A stretch of DNA of 64,000 bases from a virus: positions 32,001 through 96,000 of the IMG/VR virus record IMGVR_UViG_3300025141_014429; one strand, given 5' to 3'. The position numbers were made by a program, and so were the translations under genes. Below are positions 26,692-35,664 of this stretch, piece after piece. Under the pieces are notes generated by a model that saw only the letters and a program-made list of their open reading frames with translations, was not told the origin of the DNA and searched no databases. Numbering within the stretch: the stretch's first letter is position 1; the number at the start of each line of letters is the position of its first letter.

Positions 26692-27411
26692 ATGATGAAA
26701 AATCAGAAATATAATTTTTTATATAGATCATCTTCAACAGATAGCGTAAAAGCAGAGCTTGGTACAATTGAAAAAGACGCATCTGGATTTAATGGATTGT
26801 TTAACCCAGAGAGATTCAGGGGCGAAGAGATAATAAGAAAACTTCTTTCTAAAGATTTTTCAACAGTTTTGGATATTGGTGCAGGAAAGAAAGAGCAGAC
26901 AAACTTTCTATCGAAACATGGAAAAAAAGTTTACACAAACGGTATCACAAAGGGCTCAAATGCTTTAGACTTCTATGACTATGATGGAGATTTTAACTCT
27001 ATTAGTTTTAATAAAAAGTTTGATGCATCTTTATGTAGTCACGTCTTAGAACATCAGCTTAATACTCATGAGTTTTTAGAAAATGTTGTAAGCGTAACAA
27101 AAGAGAATGGATACATTGTAATAATAGTGCCTCCAAGAAAACCGTTTATTATAGGAGGACATGTCAGTATATGGAATGCAGGCCTTGTTTTATATCATCT
27201 TGTTCTTGCTGGAGTTGACTGCTCTGTCGAGTGCAATATAAAACAATATGACTATAATATTGGAATAATTGTTAAAAATGTTCCCATTAAAGAGGACATA
27301 AAGAGTAGTATAACTTTTGACGGCGGTGATATTGATAACTTTTTATCAAAATATTTCCCCGTCAATGCTCATGATGGATTTAACGGAGACATAATGGAGT
27401 TTAACTGGTGA
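26692..27411 (+). CDS. Class I SAM-dependent methyltransferase
   Basis: VLDIGAG, YDGDF, CSHVLEH and G.IVIIVPP. Confidence 0.8.
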   Translation: MMKNQKYNFLYRSSSTDSVKAELGTIEKDASGFNGLFNPERFRGEEIIRKLLSKDFSTVLDIGAGKKEQTNFLSKHGKKVYTNGITKGSNALDFYDYDGDFNSISFNKKFDASLCSHVLEHQLNTHEFLENVVSVTKENGYIVIIVPPRKPFIIGGHVSIWNAGLVLYHLVLAGVDCSVECNIKQYDYNIGIIVKNVPIKEDIKSSITFDGGDIDNFLSKYFPVNAHDGFNGDIMEFNW

Positions 27412-28097
27412 AAATATTTACATATATTAAAAATAATTCATCTCGAATATCGAGAAAGAACTTTAAGATACTAGGGGGTATACCCTTGTGGAAGCATTTA
27501 ATATACAATGTTAATTCATTTTCTGAAGTTTTTATAGACACTGATAGTCAGGAAGTTATAGATGAGTGCAATAGAGACGAAATGCTGATGGGTGTTACTG
27601 CTTACTCTAGGTCTCAAAAGTTTATAGACATGGAGAACGATCTAAAAAATAAATTAAGCCCTGCGCTTCTAATGACTAAAAATTTTTTATCTAAATTTGT
27701 AGATGATGAAAATGAAGTAATTGTTTTAACACATGTAACTTCTCCATTTTTAAAAATTGAAACAATTTTAGATGCAATTACTTTCCTGGGTAAAGGATAC
27801 GATGCAGTTCATTCAGTCACTTCAAAACAAGATTTTGCATGGTTGAATTCTTTTGATTACCCGATCAATTTCAACCCTAGCGTTGTACAAAGAACACAAG
27901 ATTTAGAAAAGATTTATTTCTCAAATGGTGCTTTTTTTATATTCACAAAAAAAACTTTTCTAGAAAACAATAATAGATTTGGTAAAAAAAATTACTTGTA
28001 TGAAATCAATGATGTTGAAGGGATAGAAATTGATACTTTGAATGACTTAGATTTTGCGAAAATAGTTTATAAAGGAGTTAAAAATGGAAATAATTGA
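27408..28097 (+). CDS. neuA: Acylneuraminate/ulosonate cytidylyltransferase (CMP-Neu5Ac/CMP-Kdo synthetase family)
   Basis: SSRISRKNFKILGGIPL, IDTDS, HVTSPF, NGAFFI and IEIDTLNDL. Confidence 0.8.
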   Translation: MKIFTYIKNNSSRISRKNFKILGGIPLWKHLIYNVNSFSEVFIDTDSQEVIDECNRDEMLMGVTAYSRSQKFIDMENDLKNKLSPALLMTKNFLSKFVDDENEVIVLTHVTSPFLKIETILDAITFLGKGYDAVHSVTSKQDFAWLNSFDYPINFNPSVVQRTQDLEKIYFSNGAFFIFTKKTFLENNNRFGKKNYLYEINDVEGIEIDTLNDLDFAKIVYKGVKNGNN

Positions 28098-29019
28098 TGT
28101 TACACTTAGGGACGGTGGTCACGCTGTTAATTTTGATTGGCCTGTTCATGTTGCTAGAGAATATTATAAATTAATTTCTAATATTGACAGTGTAACTTAT
28201 GTTGAAATGGGTTACTGGAAGCAGACTTCAAAGACTAGTAATAGATTCTACAATCTAGATATAGCGAAATTAGTAGAAGTCATTGGTGATAAACCAAAAA
28301 AGAAAGTTGCTGTAATGATAGACTATCACTATTGCAAAAAAGACTTAAACGAATATCCAGACTGTAAACAAAATGTTGTTGGAATGATTAGAGTCTGTAG
28401 TAGAAAAAATGATATCGATAAAGCACTCCCATTTATCCAGAAATTAAAAAATAAGACAGGCTTGAAAGTAAGTCTTAATGTTTTCAACATTTCAAATTAC
28501 AGTAAAAAAGAAATAGATGATGTTGCAGAAAAAGTAAAAAATTATAATTTAGATTATGTTTACTTTGCTGATACGCACGGCTCACTTGATTTTGAAGTAG
28601 ATAGTCAAAGATTTAAAGATGCAGTTAGTGTCTTAAGAGAAAGTAATATAAAGGTTGGTATGCACTTACATGACCATAGAGGTAAAGCTTATAGTAACTT
28701 TAAGCACCTTAAAAGTATTGGTTTTACTGGTTTCGATGCATCTACGAGAGGCATGGGAAAAGGTGTTGGTAATTTAAGATTAGAAAATGTTATTGAAGAC
28801 AAAGAATTAATTGATCTAATGAGCTTTGTTGCTAGAAATGAAAAAAAATTCACTATGAGAGCAAGTCCATACGGAGTAATTACAGCCAAATATGGAATTA
28901 CTGATTATTACGCGTATTATGCAGAAAAAAATAAAATTACTATCGAATTATTTGATAGAATATGTAAAAACATAGAAGACATAGATAAAGATGTCTTCAA
29001 TATAGAAAAGATAAAATAA
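28084..29019 (+). CDS. DRE-TIM metallolyase (HMGL-like, 4-hydroxy-2-oxovalerate aldolase family)
   Basis: DVTLRDGG, YFADTHGS, GMHLHD and DASTRGMGKGVGN. Confidence 0.85.
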   Translation: MEIIDVTLRDGGHAVNFDWPVHVAREYYKLISNIDSVTYVEMGYWKQTSKTSNRFYNLDIAKLVEVIGDKPKKKVAVMIDYHYCKKDLNEYPDCKQNVVGMIRVCSRKNDIDKALPFIQKLKNKTGLKVSLNVFNISNYSKKEIDDVAEKVKNYNLDYVYFADTHGSLDFEVDSQRFKDAVSVLRESNIKVGMHLHDHRGKAYSNFKHLKSIGFTGFDASTRGMGKGVGNLRLENVIEDKELIDLMSFVARNEKKFTMRASPYGVITAKYGITDYYAYYAEKNKITIELFDRICKNIEDIDKDVFNIEKIK

Positions 29020-29020
29020 A

Positions 29021-29710
29021 ATGAAAGTAATAATAACAGGCACAAGTTCAGGTTTAGGAAAGGCTCTCGCAAATCAATTTGTAGAATTAGGTCATGAAAC
29101 GATAGGTATCAGTAGATCTAATTCTAAAGAAACAAAATATGTTTGTGACTTAAGTGAAGATAGAAATATTAAAAACACTCTTAGTAAAATAACTACTGAG
29201 TATGCTAACAAGTCTATAGAGTATTTATTTTTAAATGCAGGTGTTTTAGGAGATATTAAAAAAGCTTCAAAAGTAGAAAACAAGGAGCTCCAAGAAGCTT
29301 TGCAAGTTAATTTATTTGCAAACAAACTAATAATTGATACTTTTTTAAATTCTAAAGTTAAAGTTAAAAACATTATAATGATATCGTCAGGAGCTTCTAT
29401 TAAAGCATACGATGGTTGGCTTTCTTATTGTTTGTCAAAAGCAGCATTAAATCAACTTGCCAGATGCTACGCTATAGAAAATACAGATATAAATTTTCTA
29501 AGTTTAGCTCCAGGAATAATTCAAACAAAAATGCAAGATAAAATTATTGAATATTCTACAGAAAAATTTTCTTCAATTAAGAAATTTAAAGATTTGTACG
29601 GAAAAAATCCATCACCAGAAGAAATTGCAAATAAAGTAATTAGAAGCTTAGGAACGCTTAATAAACAAAAAAGTGGAAGCTTTTTTGACTTAAGGAGTAT
29701 AGATGATTAG
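29021..29710 (+). CDS. Short-chain dehydrogenase/reductase (YueD/sepiapterin-reductase-like)
   Basis: ITGTSSGLG, LNAG, ISSGA and YCLSKAAL (YxxxK). Confidence 0.85.
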   Translation: MKVIITGTSSGLGKALANQFVELGHETIGISRSNSKETKYVCDLSEDRNIKNTLSKITTEYANKSIEYLFLNAGVLGDIKKASKVENKELQEALQVNLFANKLIIDTFLNSKVKVKNIIMISSGASIKAYDGWLSYCLSKAALNQLARCYAIENTDINFLSLAPGIIQTKMQDKIIEYSTEKFSSIKKFKDLYGKNPSPEEIANKVIRSLGTLNKQKSGSFFDLRSIDD

Positions 29711-30128
29711 TAAGATATACAATGAAAATGACAACAGACCTTCACTACTTAAGGATGAATTTAAGCAAATAGGTGTTGATTTCGACGGTGTTATTCATGC
29801 ATGTTCAAAAGGTTATCATGATGGAACAATTTATGACGATCCTATACCCGGCTCATTGGAAGCTGTAAAAAGATTAGCCAGTAAATATAAAGTAATAGTA
29901 TATACTGCCAAAGCTCGTCATGACAGGCCATTAGTTAACGGAAAAACTGGTGTTGAATTGGTTTGGGAGTGGCTCAAAGAAAAAGGGTTTAGTAAGTATA
30001 TTTCCGAAGTGACAGCTGAGAAGCCAAGAGTAGTTTTTTATATTGACGACAGGGCGATTAGGTTTACAGATTGGAAACAAACAATAAGAGAATTAAATTC
30101 ATTTGGGATAGATATAGATGGAACATAG
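29703..30128 (+). CDS. HAD-superfamily phosphatase
   Basis: Motif I VDFDGVI, motif II YTA and motif IV YIDDRA. Confidence 0.75.
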   Translation: MISKIYNENDNRPSLLKDEFKQIGVDFDGVIHACSKGYHDGTIYDDPIPGSLEAVKRLASKYKVIVYTAKARHDRPLVNGKTGVELVWEWLKEKGFSKYISEVTAEKPRVVFYIDDRAIRFTDWKQTIRELNSFGIDIDGT

Positions 30129-30183
30129 AGTCTTCCGATATGCATGTAAGTTTACTGATAAATAGAACTAGAAGGAAAAATTT

Positions 30184-31104
30184 ATGAATATTCTGATAAC
30201 AGGAGGTACCGGTTTAGTGGGCTCATCCTTTAAAAATATTATAACAGATAATAAACTTGCTTACATAGGGTCAGAATACGACTTAACAAAAAAAAGAGAG
30301 TCTGATCGTATGTTATACGATTTTTCTCCTGATGCTGTAATACATCTCGCTGCTAAAGTTGGAGGTGTAAAAGGTAATATGACAATGATGTATGATTTTT
30401 ACACAGACAACATTAAAATCAATACAAACGTTATTGATTCTTGTAAAGAGTTTGGAATAAAAAAAGTTGTGTCTCTTTTATCCACATGTGTTTATCCGGA
30501 TAATGTTAAATATCCGTTAACTGAAGATCAAATTCATAATGGTGAACCTCATGTTAGTAATTATGGATATGCATATGCAAAAAGAATGTTAGACGTACAC
30601 AGCAGAGCAGTAAGAAGCCAACATAACTTAAATTATATAACAGCAATACCTAACAACATATACGGCCCCAATGATAATTTTGATTTAGAAAACGGACATG
30701 TAATACCTGCGATAATTAGAAAAATATATGAAGCAAAAAAGACAAATAAGATTCCGGTGTTCTGGGGTTCCGGTATGCCGCTTAGAGAGTTTACATGTTC
30801 AAAAGATATAGCAAGGGCTATTCTACGCTTACTAGAGAATTATAATGGAATCAATCCAGTTAATATTGGTAAAACAGGAGATGTTAGCATCAAAGAGGTC
30901 GTCGAAATAATATCTGAGTGTTTAAGCTATAGCGGTGAAATTCAATGGGATAAGACAAAACCAGAAGGTCAGTACAAGAAACCAAGCAGTAATAAAAAAT
31001 TTTTGAACATGTTTGAAGATTTTGAGTATACTTCTTTTAAACAAGGGATTAAAGAAACTTGTGAGTGGTTTGTAGAAAAATATCCAAAAGTAAGAGGAGT
31101 TTAA
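30184..31104 (+). CDS. fcl: GDP-L-fucose synthase
   Basis: [39 protein letters not shown] and GHVIPAII. Confidence 0.93.
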   Translation: MNILITGGTGLVGSSFKNIITDNKLAYIGSEYDLTKKRESDRMLYDFSPDAVIHLAAKVGGVKGNMTMMYDFYTDNIKINTNVIDSCKEFGIKKVVSLLSTCVYPDNVKYPLTEDQIHNGEPHVSNYGYAYAKRMLDVHSRAVRSQHNLNYITAIPNNIYGPNDNFDLENGHVIPAIIRKIYEAKKTNKIPVFWGSGMPLREFTCSKDIARAILRLLENYNGINPVNIGKTGDVSIKEVVEIISECLSYSGEIQWDKTKPEGQYKKPSSNKKFLNMFEDFEYTSFKQGIKETCEWFVEKYPKVRGV

Positions 31105-31105
31105 A

Positions 31106-32104
31106 TTGAAAACAGCACTAATCACAGGAGTAACTGGTCAAGATGGTTCGTATCTTGCTGAATTACTTTTGAGTAAAGGTTATCAAGTAATTGGAATTAA
31201 AAGAAGAAATTCTTTGATATCAACTGATAGAATTGATCATATAATGAATGATGAAAAATTGGTTTTAAATTTTACACTTGTTTATGGTAATATGAATGAT
31301 TCTGGTAATTTGCACAGAACTCTACTAAAGTACAAACCTGATGAAGTATACAATCTGGCAGCACAATCTCATGTTAGAGTTTCTTTTGATACTCCTGAAG
31401 AAACAACAGAGTTTGTGGCAATGGGAACATTAAGACTCTTGGAAGCAATGAGAAATGTCTGCCCAGAAGCAAGATACTACCAGGCATCTTCATCAGAAAT
31501 GTTTGGAGACAATCCGGATCATCCTCAGAATGAAGACACTAGATTAATGCCGGCTAGCCCTTATGCTTGTGCAAAAACATATGCACATAATATATGTAGG
31601 AATTATAGGCAGTCTTATGGTATGCATATTTCTTCTGGGATACTATTTAACCATGAAAGCCCACGAAGAGGTGAGACTTTTGTCACAAGAAAGATTACAA
31701 TTGCTGCAGCAAAAATAAAATTAGGCTTACAGAAGAAATTATATTTAGGAAATTTAGACGCAAAGAGGGATTGGGGGCATGCCAAAGATTATGTTGAAGC
31801 TATGTGGTTAATGTTGCAGCAAGATATACCCGATGATTATGTCATAGCGACTGGTGAAACTTGTGCTGTATCTGACTTTTTAAGAATTGTGTTTGACATT
31901 GCTGGGTTAGATGAACGTAAATATGTGGAAATAGATGAAAGGCTTTATAGGCCTCATGAGGTACCACTTCTACTCGGAGACGCTACAAAAGCTAGAAAAA
32001 AATTAAATTGGAAACCTAAGTACGACGTATATAAACTTGCAAAAGAAATGTATGAGGAAGATTTAAAGAAGTTACAAAATAAGATTAGTGGAATAGTTGA
32101 ATGA
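31106..32104 (+). CDS. gmd: GDP-mannose 4,6-dehydratase
   Basis: [55 protein letters not shown] and [14 protein letters not shown] start. Confidence 0.96.
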   Translation: MKTALITGVTGQDGSYLAELLLSKGYQVIGIKRRNSLISTDRIDHIMNDEKLVLNFTLVYGNMNDSGNLHRTLLKYKPDEVYNLAAQSHVRVSFDTPEETTEFVAMGTLRLLEAMRNVCPEARYYQASSSEMFGDNPDHPQNEDTRLMPASPYACAKTYAHNICRNYRQSYGMHISSGILFNHESPRRGETFVTRKITIAAAKIKLGLQKKLYLGNLDAKRDWGHAKDYVEAMWLMLQQDIPDDYVIATGETCAVSDFLRIVFDIAGLDERKYVEIDERLYRPHEVPLLLGDATKARKKLNWKPKYDVYKLAKEMYEEDLKKLQNKISGIVE

Positions 32105-32949
32105 AGAAAAATATTAACATAGGAATTATTGGTCAAGGATTTGTAGGTTCTGCAATCAAAGCAGGGCTTAAAAACTTTTATAAAATTAGAACTTATGATA
32201 TTGACAGGACTAAGTGTGATAGTACACATAAGCAAGTTTGCTTAGAATCAGATATTATTTTTATGTGCTTACCTACCCCAATGCGTAAAGATGGGTCATG
32301 TGATACAAGAATATTAGAATTAGCAGTTCGTGAAGTCGATTTAGCAGTTTATCAACATGTTCATAGACCAACTATTGTCATAAAATCAACAGTTCCTCCA
32401 AGTACTACCGAAAGATTAAACGCTATGACATCTTACTGCGATGTTTGTTTTAGCCCAGAGTTTTTAACAGAAGCAAATTCATTTGAAGATTTTAAAAATC
32501 AAAGTAGAATTATCATTGGAGGCACAGGCGCAAAAAAAGTAAAACAGATGTTTAGAAAACCTTTTCCTGATATTCCTATCGTAGTAACTAAATCAGAAAC
32601 AGCAGAAATGGTTAAATATTTTACTAATTGCTTTTTAGCTACAAAAGTAACGTTTGCAAATCAAATGTATGAAATTTGTGAAAACACAGGTATAGATTAT
32701 GATAAAGTTTGTGAATATGCGCTATATGACGATAGGATTGGAAAGAGTCATTTAGCAGTTCCTGGTCCCGATGGAGATCGTGGTTTTGGAGGTCATTGCT
32801 TTCCAAAAGATTTGGCTGCAATGATTAACTTTTCTGATGGAAAAGAAGTTGATAATCATTTTTTGGCATCCGTTGAAATTTATAACAACGAGATTAGAAC
32901 AAACAAAGATTGGTTAAGAATGAAAGGAAGAGCAGTAAGTGACGATTAG
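32101..32949 (+). CDS. ugd: UDP-glucose/GDP-mannose dehydrogenase family protein, short form without the C-terminal domain
   Basis: [40 protein letters not shown] and [10 protein letters not shown]. Only 282 aa. Confidence 0.85.
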   Translation: MKKNINIGIIGQGFVGSAIKAGLKNFYKIRTYDIDRTKCDSTHKQVCLESDIIFMCLPTPMRKDGSCDTRILELAVREVDLAVYQHVHRPTIVIKSTVPPSTTERLNAMTSYCDVCFSPEFLTEANSFEDFKNQSRIIIGGTGAKKVKQMFRKPFPDIPIVVTKSETAEMVKYFTNCFLATKVTFANQMYEICENTGIDYDKVCEYALYDDRIGKSHLAVPGPDGDRGFGGHCFPKDLAAMINFSDGKEVDNHFLASVEIYNNEIRTNKDWLRMKGRAVSDD

Positions 32950-33841
32950 CTTAGTAACAGGCGGTTGTGGATTCATAGGCAGTCATATTGTCGATAGACT
33001 TCACAGTATAGGACATCATGTAATTGTAATTGATAATTTATCTTCACCTGAAAATGAAGACTTTTATTATCACAAGGACGTAGTAAATGTTAAGTACCAT
33101 ATTAAAGATATTAGTAAAGATAATTGCAGCGAGTATTTTAATGGTGTCGACTATGTTTTTCACCTTGCTGCCCGTAGTCGTATTCAACCTACTATTAATT
33201 CTCCTAACGAATGTTTTGAAGTAAATGTTGTAGGTACACAGAGGGTTCTAGAATGGTCACGGTTAAACGGAATTAAAAGAGTCATATATTCAGGTACTTC
33301 TTCACTTTACGGCAAACAGAATATAATACCGTTCAATCCTAATATGCCGGCAGATTGTCTTAATCCATATTCTATGTCAAAATGGATGGGTGAAAGGATA
33401 TGCGATCTTTATAGTCAAGTTTATGGACTACCAAGTATTGTTCTAAGGTATTTTAATGTGTACGGCCCGAGAGAACCGCTTAAGGGCGAATATGCACCTG
33501 TAATTGGTTTACTTAAAAGGCAAGTCAAAAACAACAAACCTATGACAATTGTCTCTCCCGGAACACAAAAAAGAGACTTTACTTACATAGATGATGTTGT
33601 TAATGCAAACATTTGTGCTATGAATAAATTGGTGCAAGAAGTACTTCATAAAGTATACAATGTTGGAACAGGAAAAAATTATTCAATACTAGAAATAGCA
33701 TCCATGGTTGGAGATGAAAAAGTTTTGATTCCAGCTAGGCCTGCTGAGGTTGTCGAGACACTAGCAGACATTAGTGAGACAACTAAAGATCTAGGTTGGA
33801 CACCGAAACATAATCTTGAGGATATAATTGATGACTACTAA
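32939..33841 (+). CDS. NAD-dependent nucleotide-sugar epimerase/dehydratase (GalE-like)
   Basis: VTGGCGFIGSH, HLAA, YSMSK, RYFNVYGP and RDFTYIDDVV. Confidence 0.9.
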   Translation: MTISLVTGGCGFIGSHIVDRLHSIGHHVIVIDNLSSPENEDFYYHKDVVNVKYHIKDISKDNCSEYFNGVDYVFHLAARSRIQPTINSPNECFEVNVVGTQRVLEWSRLNGIKRVIYSGTSSLYGKQNIIPFNPNMPADCLNPYSMSKWMGERICDLYSQVYGLPSIVLRYFNVYGPREPLKGEYAPVIGLLKRQVKNNKPMTIVSPGTQKRDFTYIDDVVNANICAMNKLVQEVLHKVYNVGTGKNYSILEIASMVGDEKVLIPARPAEVVETLADISETTKDLGWTPKHNLEDIIDDY

Positions 33842-34256
33842 AAAGAAGCGAAATTGGAGTAAAAATAGAAGTATTTTAAAATCTATTTCTAATCCAACAA
33901 AAGATGCATATGAAATTAAAATGAAGATACCTGAATTGACTTTTGAAGGTGTTAAGAATCAACCTGACTTTGGCCATCTTTACATAACTTTTTATCCGTC
34001 TGATAAGGTGATAGAATTAAAATCACTAAAAGAGTACTTTTTTGCATTTAGAAGTCAAATTTATTCATATGAGAGAATAATTAATGTAATTTATGATGAT
34101 ATGACGGCTATTTACAATCCTACCAGGCTAAGACTAGTATTGATTTGCAACCCAAGAGGCGGAATATCTTCTAAGCTAACAGTCGACTCAGACTGGGGTG
34201 TCAGGGGCGGTAAAGATCAATTCAGGGATTGGGTTGGACAAAAGGATGAATGGTAG
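33831..34256 (+). CDS. queF: QueF-like T-fold protein lacking the catalytic cysteine
   Basis: PELT....NQPDF, IELKSLKEY..AFR, YE and PRGGIS match QueF. The SLCP position reads FEGV. Confidence 0.75.
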   Translation: MTTKKKRNWSKNRSILKSISNPTKDAYEIKMKIPELTFEGVKNQPDFGHLYITFYPSDKVIELKSLKEYFFAFRSQIYSYERIINVIYDDMTAIYNPTRLRLVLICNPRGGISSKLTVDSDWGVRGGKDQFRDWVGQKDEW

Positions 34257-34516
34257 TGGCTGATTCAAGAGATAAGTTTAATGACAATGTAAGTGGGTCC
34301 GTCAAGATTGGTAGTAAAGAATACTCTTTTTACGTTGACAGGGAATGTATTTTTTGTCATGTCTGTTCACAAGCTGCACCTAGCAATTTCAAAGCAAGCG
34401 ACGAAGGAGATCATGATTTTGTGTATAAGCAGCCTGAAAATGAAGAAGAATTAGAAGAGTGTTATGATGCTATGGAACAATGCCCAGTTTATGCAATAGG
34501 AGACGATGATGTCTAA
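34250..34516 (+). CDS. Small ferredoxin (single-cluster 4Fe-4S/3Fe-4S type)
   Basis: FYVDRECIFCHVC...AP.NF...VYKQP...C..AMEQCPVYAI gives CxxCxxC...CP. Confidence 0.85.
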   Translation: MVVADSRDKFNDNVSGSVKIGSKEYSFYVDRECIFCHVCSQAAPSNFKASDEGDHDFVYKQPENEEELEECYDAMEQCPVYAIGDDDV

Positions 34517-34712
34517 ATTACATAAATGGAATGTATTATGTGTAAAAAAATTTACTTATCCAATGCCTAGGCATACAGAGTTTCAAGTAGATTCTAAAAC
34601 TCATTTAGGCGCAGCAATGAAAGCATCAAATAAATTAAAATCTATAGATGATCAGGAATGGATCATTAAGTCTGTTTACTGGTTAGATCCAAAAAGTTAC
34701 GAAGTAAAGTAA
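34506..34712 (+). CDS. Hypothetical protein (68 aa)
   Basis: Coupled to the ferredoxin gene. No motif recognised. Confidence 0.45.
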   Translation: MMSKLHKWNVLCVKKFTYPMPRHTEFQVDSKTHLGAAMKASNKLKSIDDQEWIIKSVYWLDPKSYEVK

Positions 34713-34726
34713 AATGCTTAGTCCTA

Positions 34727-34755
34727 ATGTAAAAACTTTGTTTTCTTATTATAAT
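34727..34755 (+). promoter_or_regulatory. Sigma70-like promoter
   Basis: ATGTAA-N17-TATAAT upstream of the nuclease gene, followed by a GAGG RBS. Confidence 0.55.
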
Positions 34756-34775
34756 CTTAACAGAGGTATAATAGA

Positions 34776-35618
34776 ATGAGCAAAAATAATTTATTTCCAA
34801 CAGGGAAGCCACATATTTCTTTTTCTGAAATCAAACAGTGGAAAGAGTGCAGTTATCGTCATAAGCTAGTCTACATTGATAAAATAGACACTTTCCAAGA
34901 CTCACCCTACTTGCACTTTGGAACTGCAGTTCACGAAGGCTGTGAGACCCTGCTAGAGACAAAGCAAGTTGACCGTGATAAGATAATAAAGGTAATGAAA
35001 GAAAGCTGGGAGACAGCTGGATTTGAGAACCCAGAGTGGTATTCTAAGCAGCCTGGATGGTACAAGCATGAGCCTGTTGAAACTTGGGAATCTTGGGCTA
35101 ACAATATGTGGGATGAAGTCTTAGGATACTTAGATAAGGAACTTCCAGGTTGGGAATGTTTTGAAGCAGAGGAACAATTATATGAACCGATTGAAGATAT
35201 AGATGCCCCATTGTCTTTCAAAGGGTTTATTGATGGAGTTTTGAAAGTACCAAAAAAGAGAGGAAAGGGTCATGAATATTGGATTATTGACTGGAAAACT
35301 TCAGGATCCTGGGGTTGGAGAAGGGATAAAAAGCAAGACTTAGGAATGACAGCACAGTTAATTTTATACAAGCACTTTTGGGCTAAAAAACATAATATTG
35401 ATCTAAAAGATGTTCGCTGTGGCTTTGTTTTGCTTAAAAGGGGTGGAAAAAAGGGAAAAGTGTGTGAATTAGTAAAAGTTTCAGTTGGGCCGAAAACATA
35501 CGAGAAGGGCATGAAGTTAATGAGGAGTATGATAAAAACAGTCAGACGGGGCATGTTTCTCAAAAATAGAAATAGCTGTAAATTTTGCCCGTATGAAAAT
35601 ACAGAACATTGCAGTTAA
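34776..35618 (+). CDS. PD-(D/E)XK RecB/Cas4-like exonuclease with 4-Cys Fe-S motif
   Basis: SFSEI..W..C, GFIDG, IIDWKT, QLILY and C-terminal CKFCPY.....C. Confidence 0.85.
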   Translation: MSKNNLFPTGKPHISFSEIKQWKECSYRHKLVYIDKIDTFQDSPYLHFGTAVHEGCETLLETKQVDRDKIIKVMKESWETAGFENPEWYSKQPGWYKHEPVETWESWANNMWDEVLGYLDKELPGWECFEAEEQLYEPIEDIDAPLSFKGFIDGVLKVPKKRGKGHEYWIIDWKTSGSWGWRRDKKQDLGMTAQLILYKHFWAKKHNIDLKDVRCGFVLLKRGGKKGKVCELVKVSVGPKTYEKGMKLMRSMIKTVRRGMFLKNRNSCKFCPYENTEHCS

Positions 35619-35664
35619 CATACGGAACCAGAGCAGTAAAATCATATAAATATGAGGAAACTGC

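Noticed and set aside
15031-31104. Lower GC in the glycan island as evidence of horizontal acquisition
   Set aside because: Spot counts by eye were too noisy (structural genes also have about 25% GC lines). A sliding-window GC and codon-usage computation would be needed.
34776-35618. CRISPR-associated Cas4 as part of a CRISPR-Cas system
   Set aside because: No cas1/cas2, effector genes or array in the window. Solo RecB/Cas4-like nucleases are common phage recombination genes.
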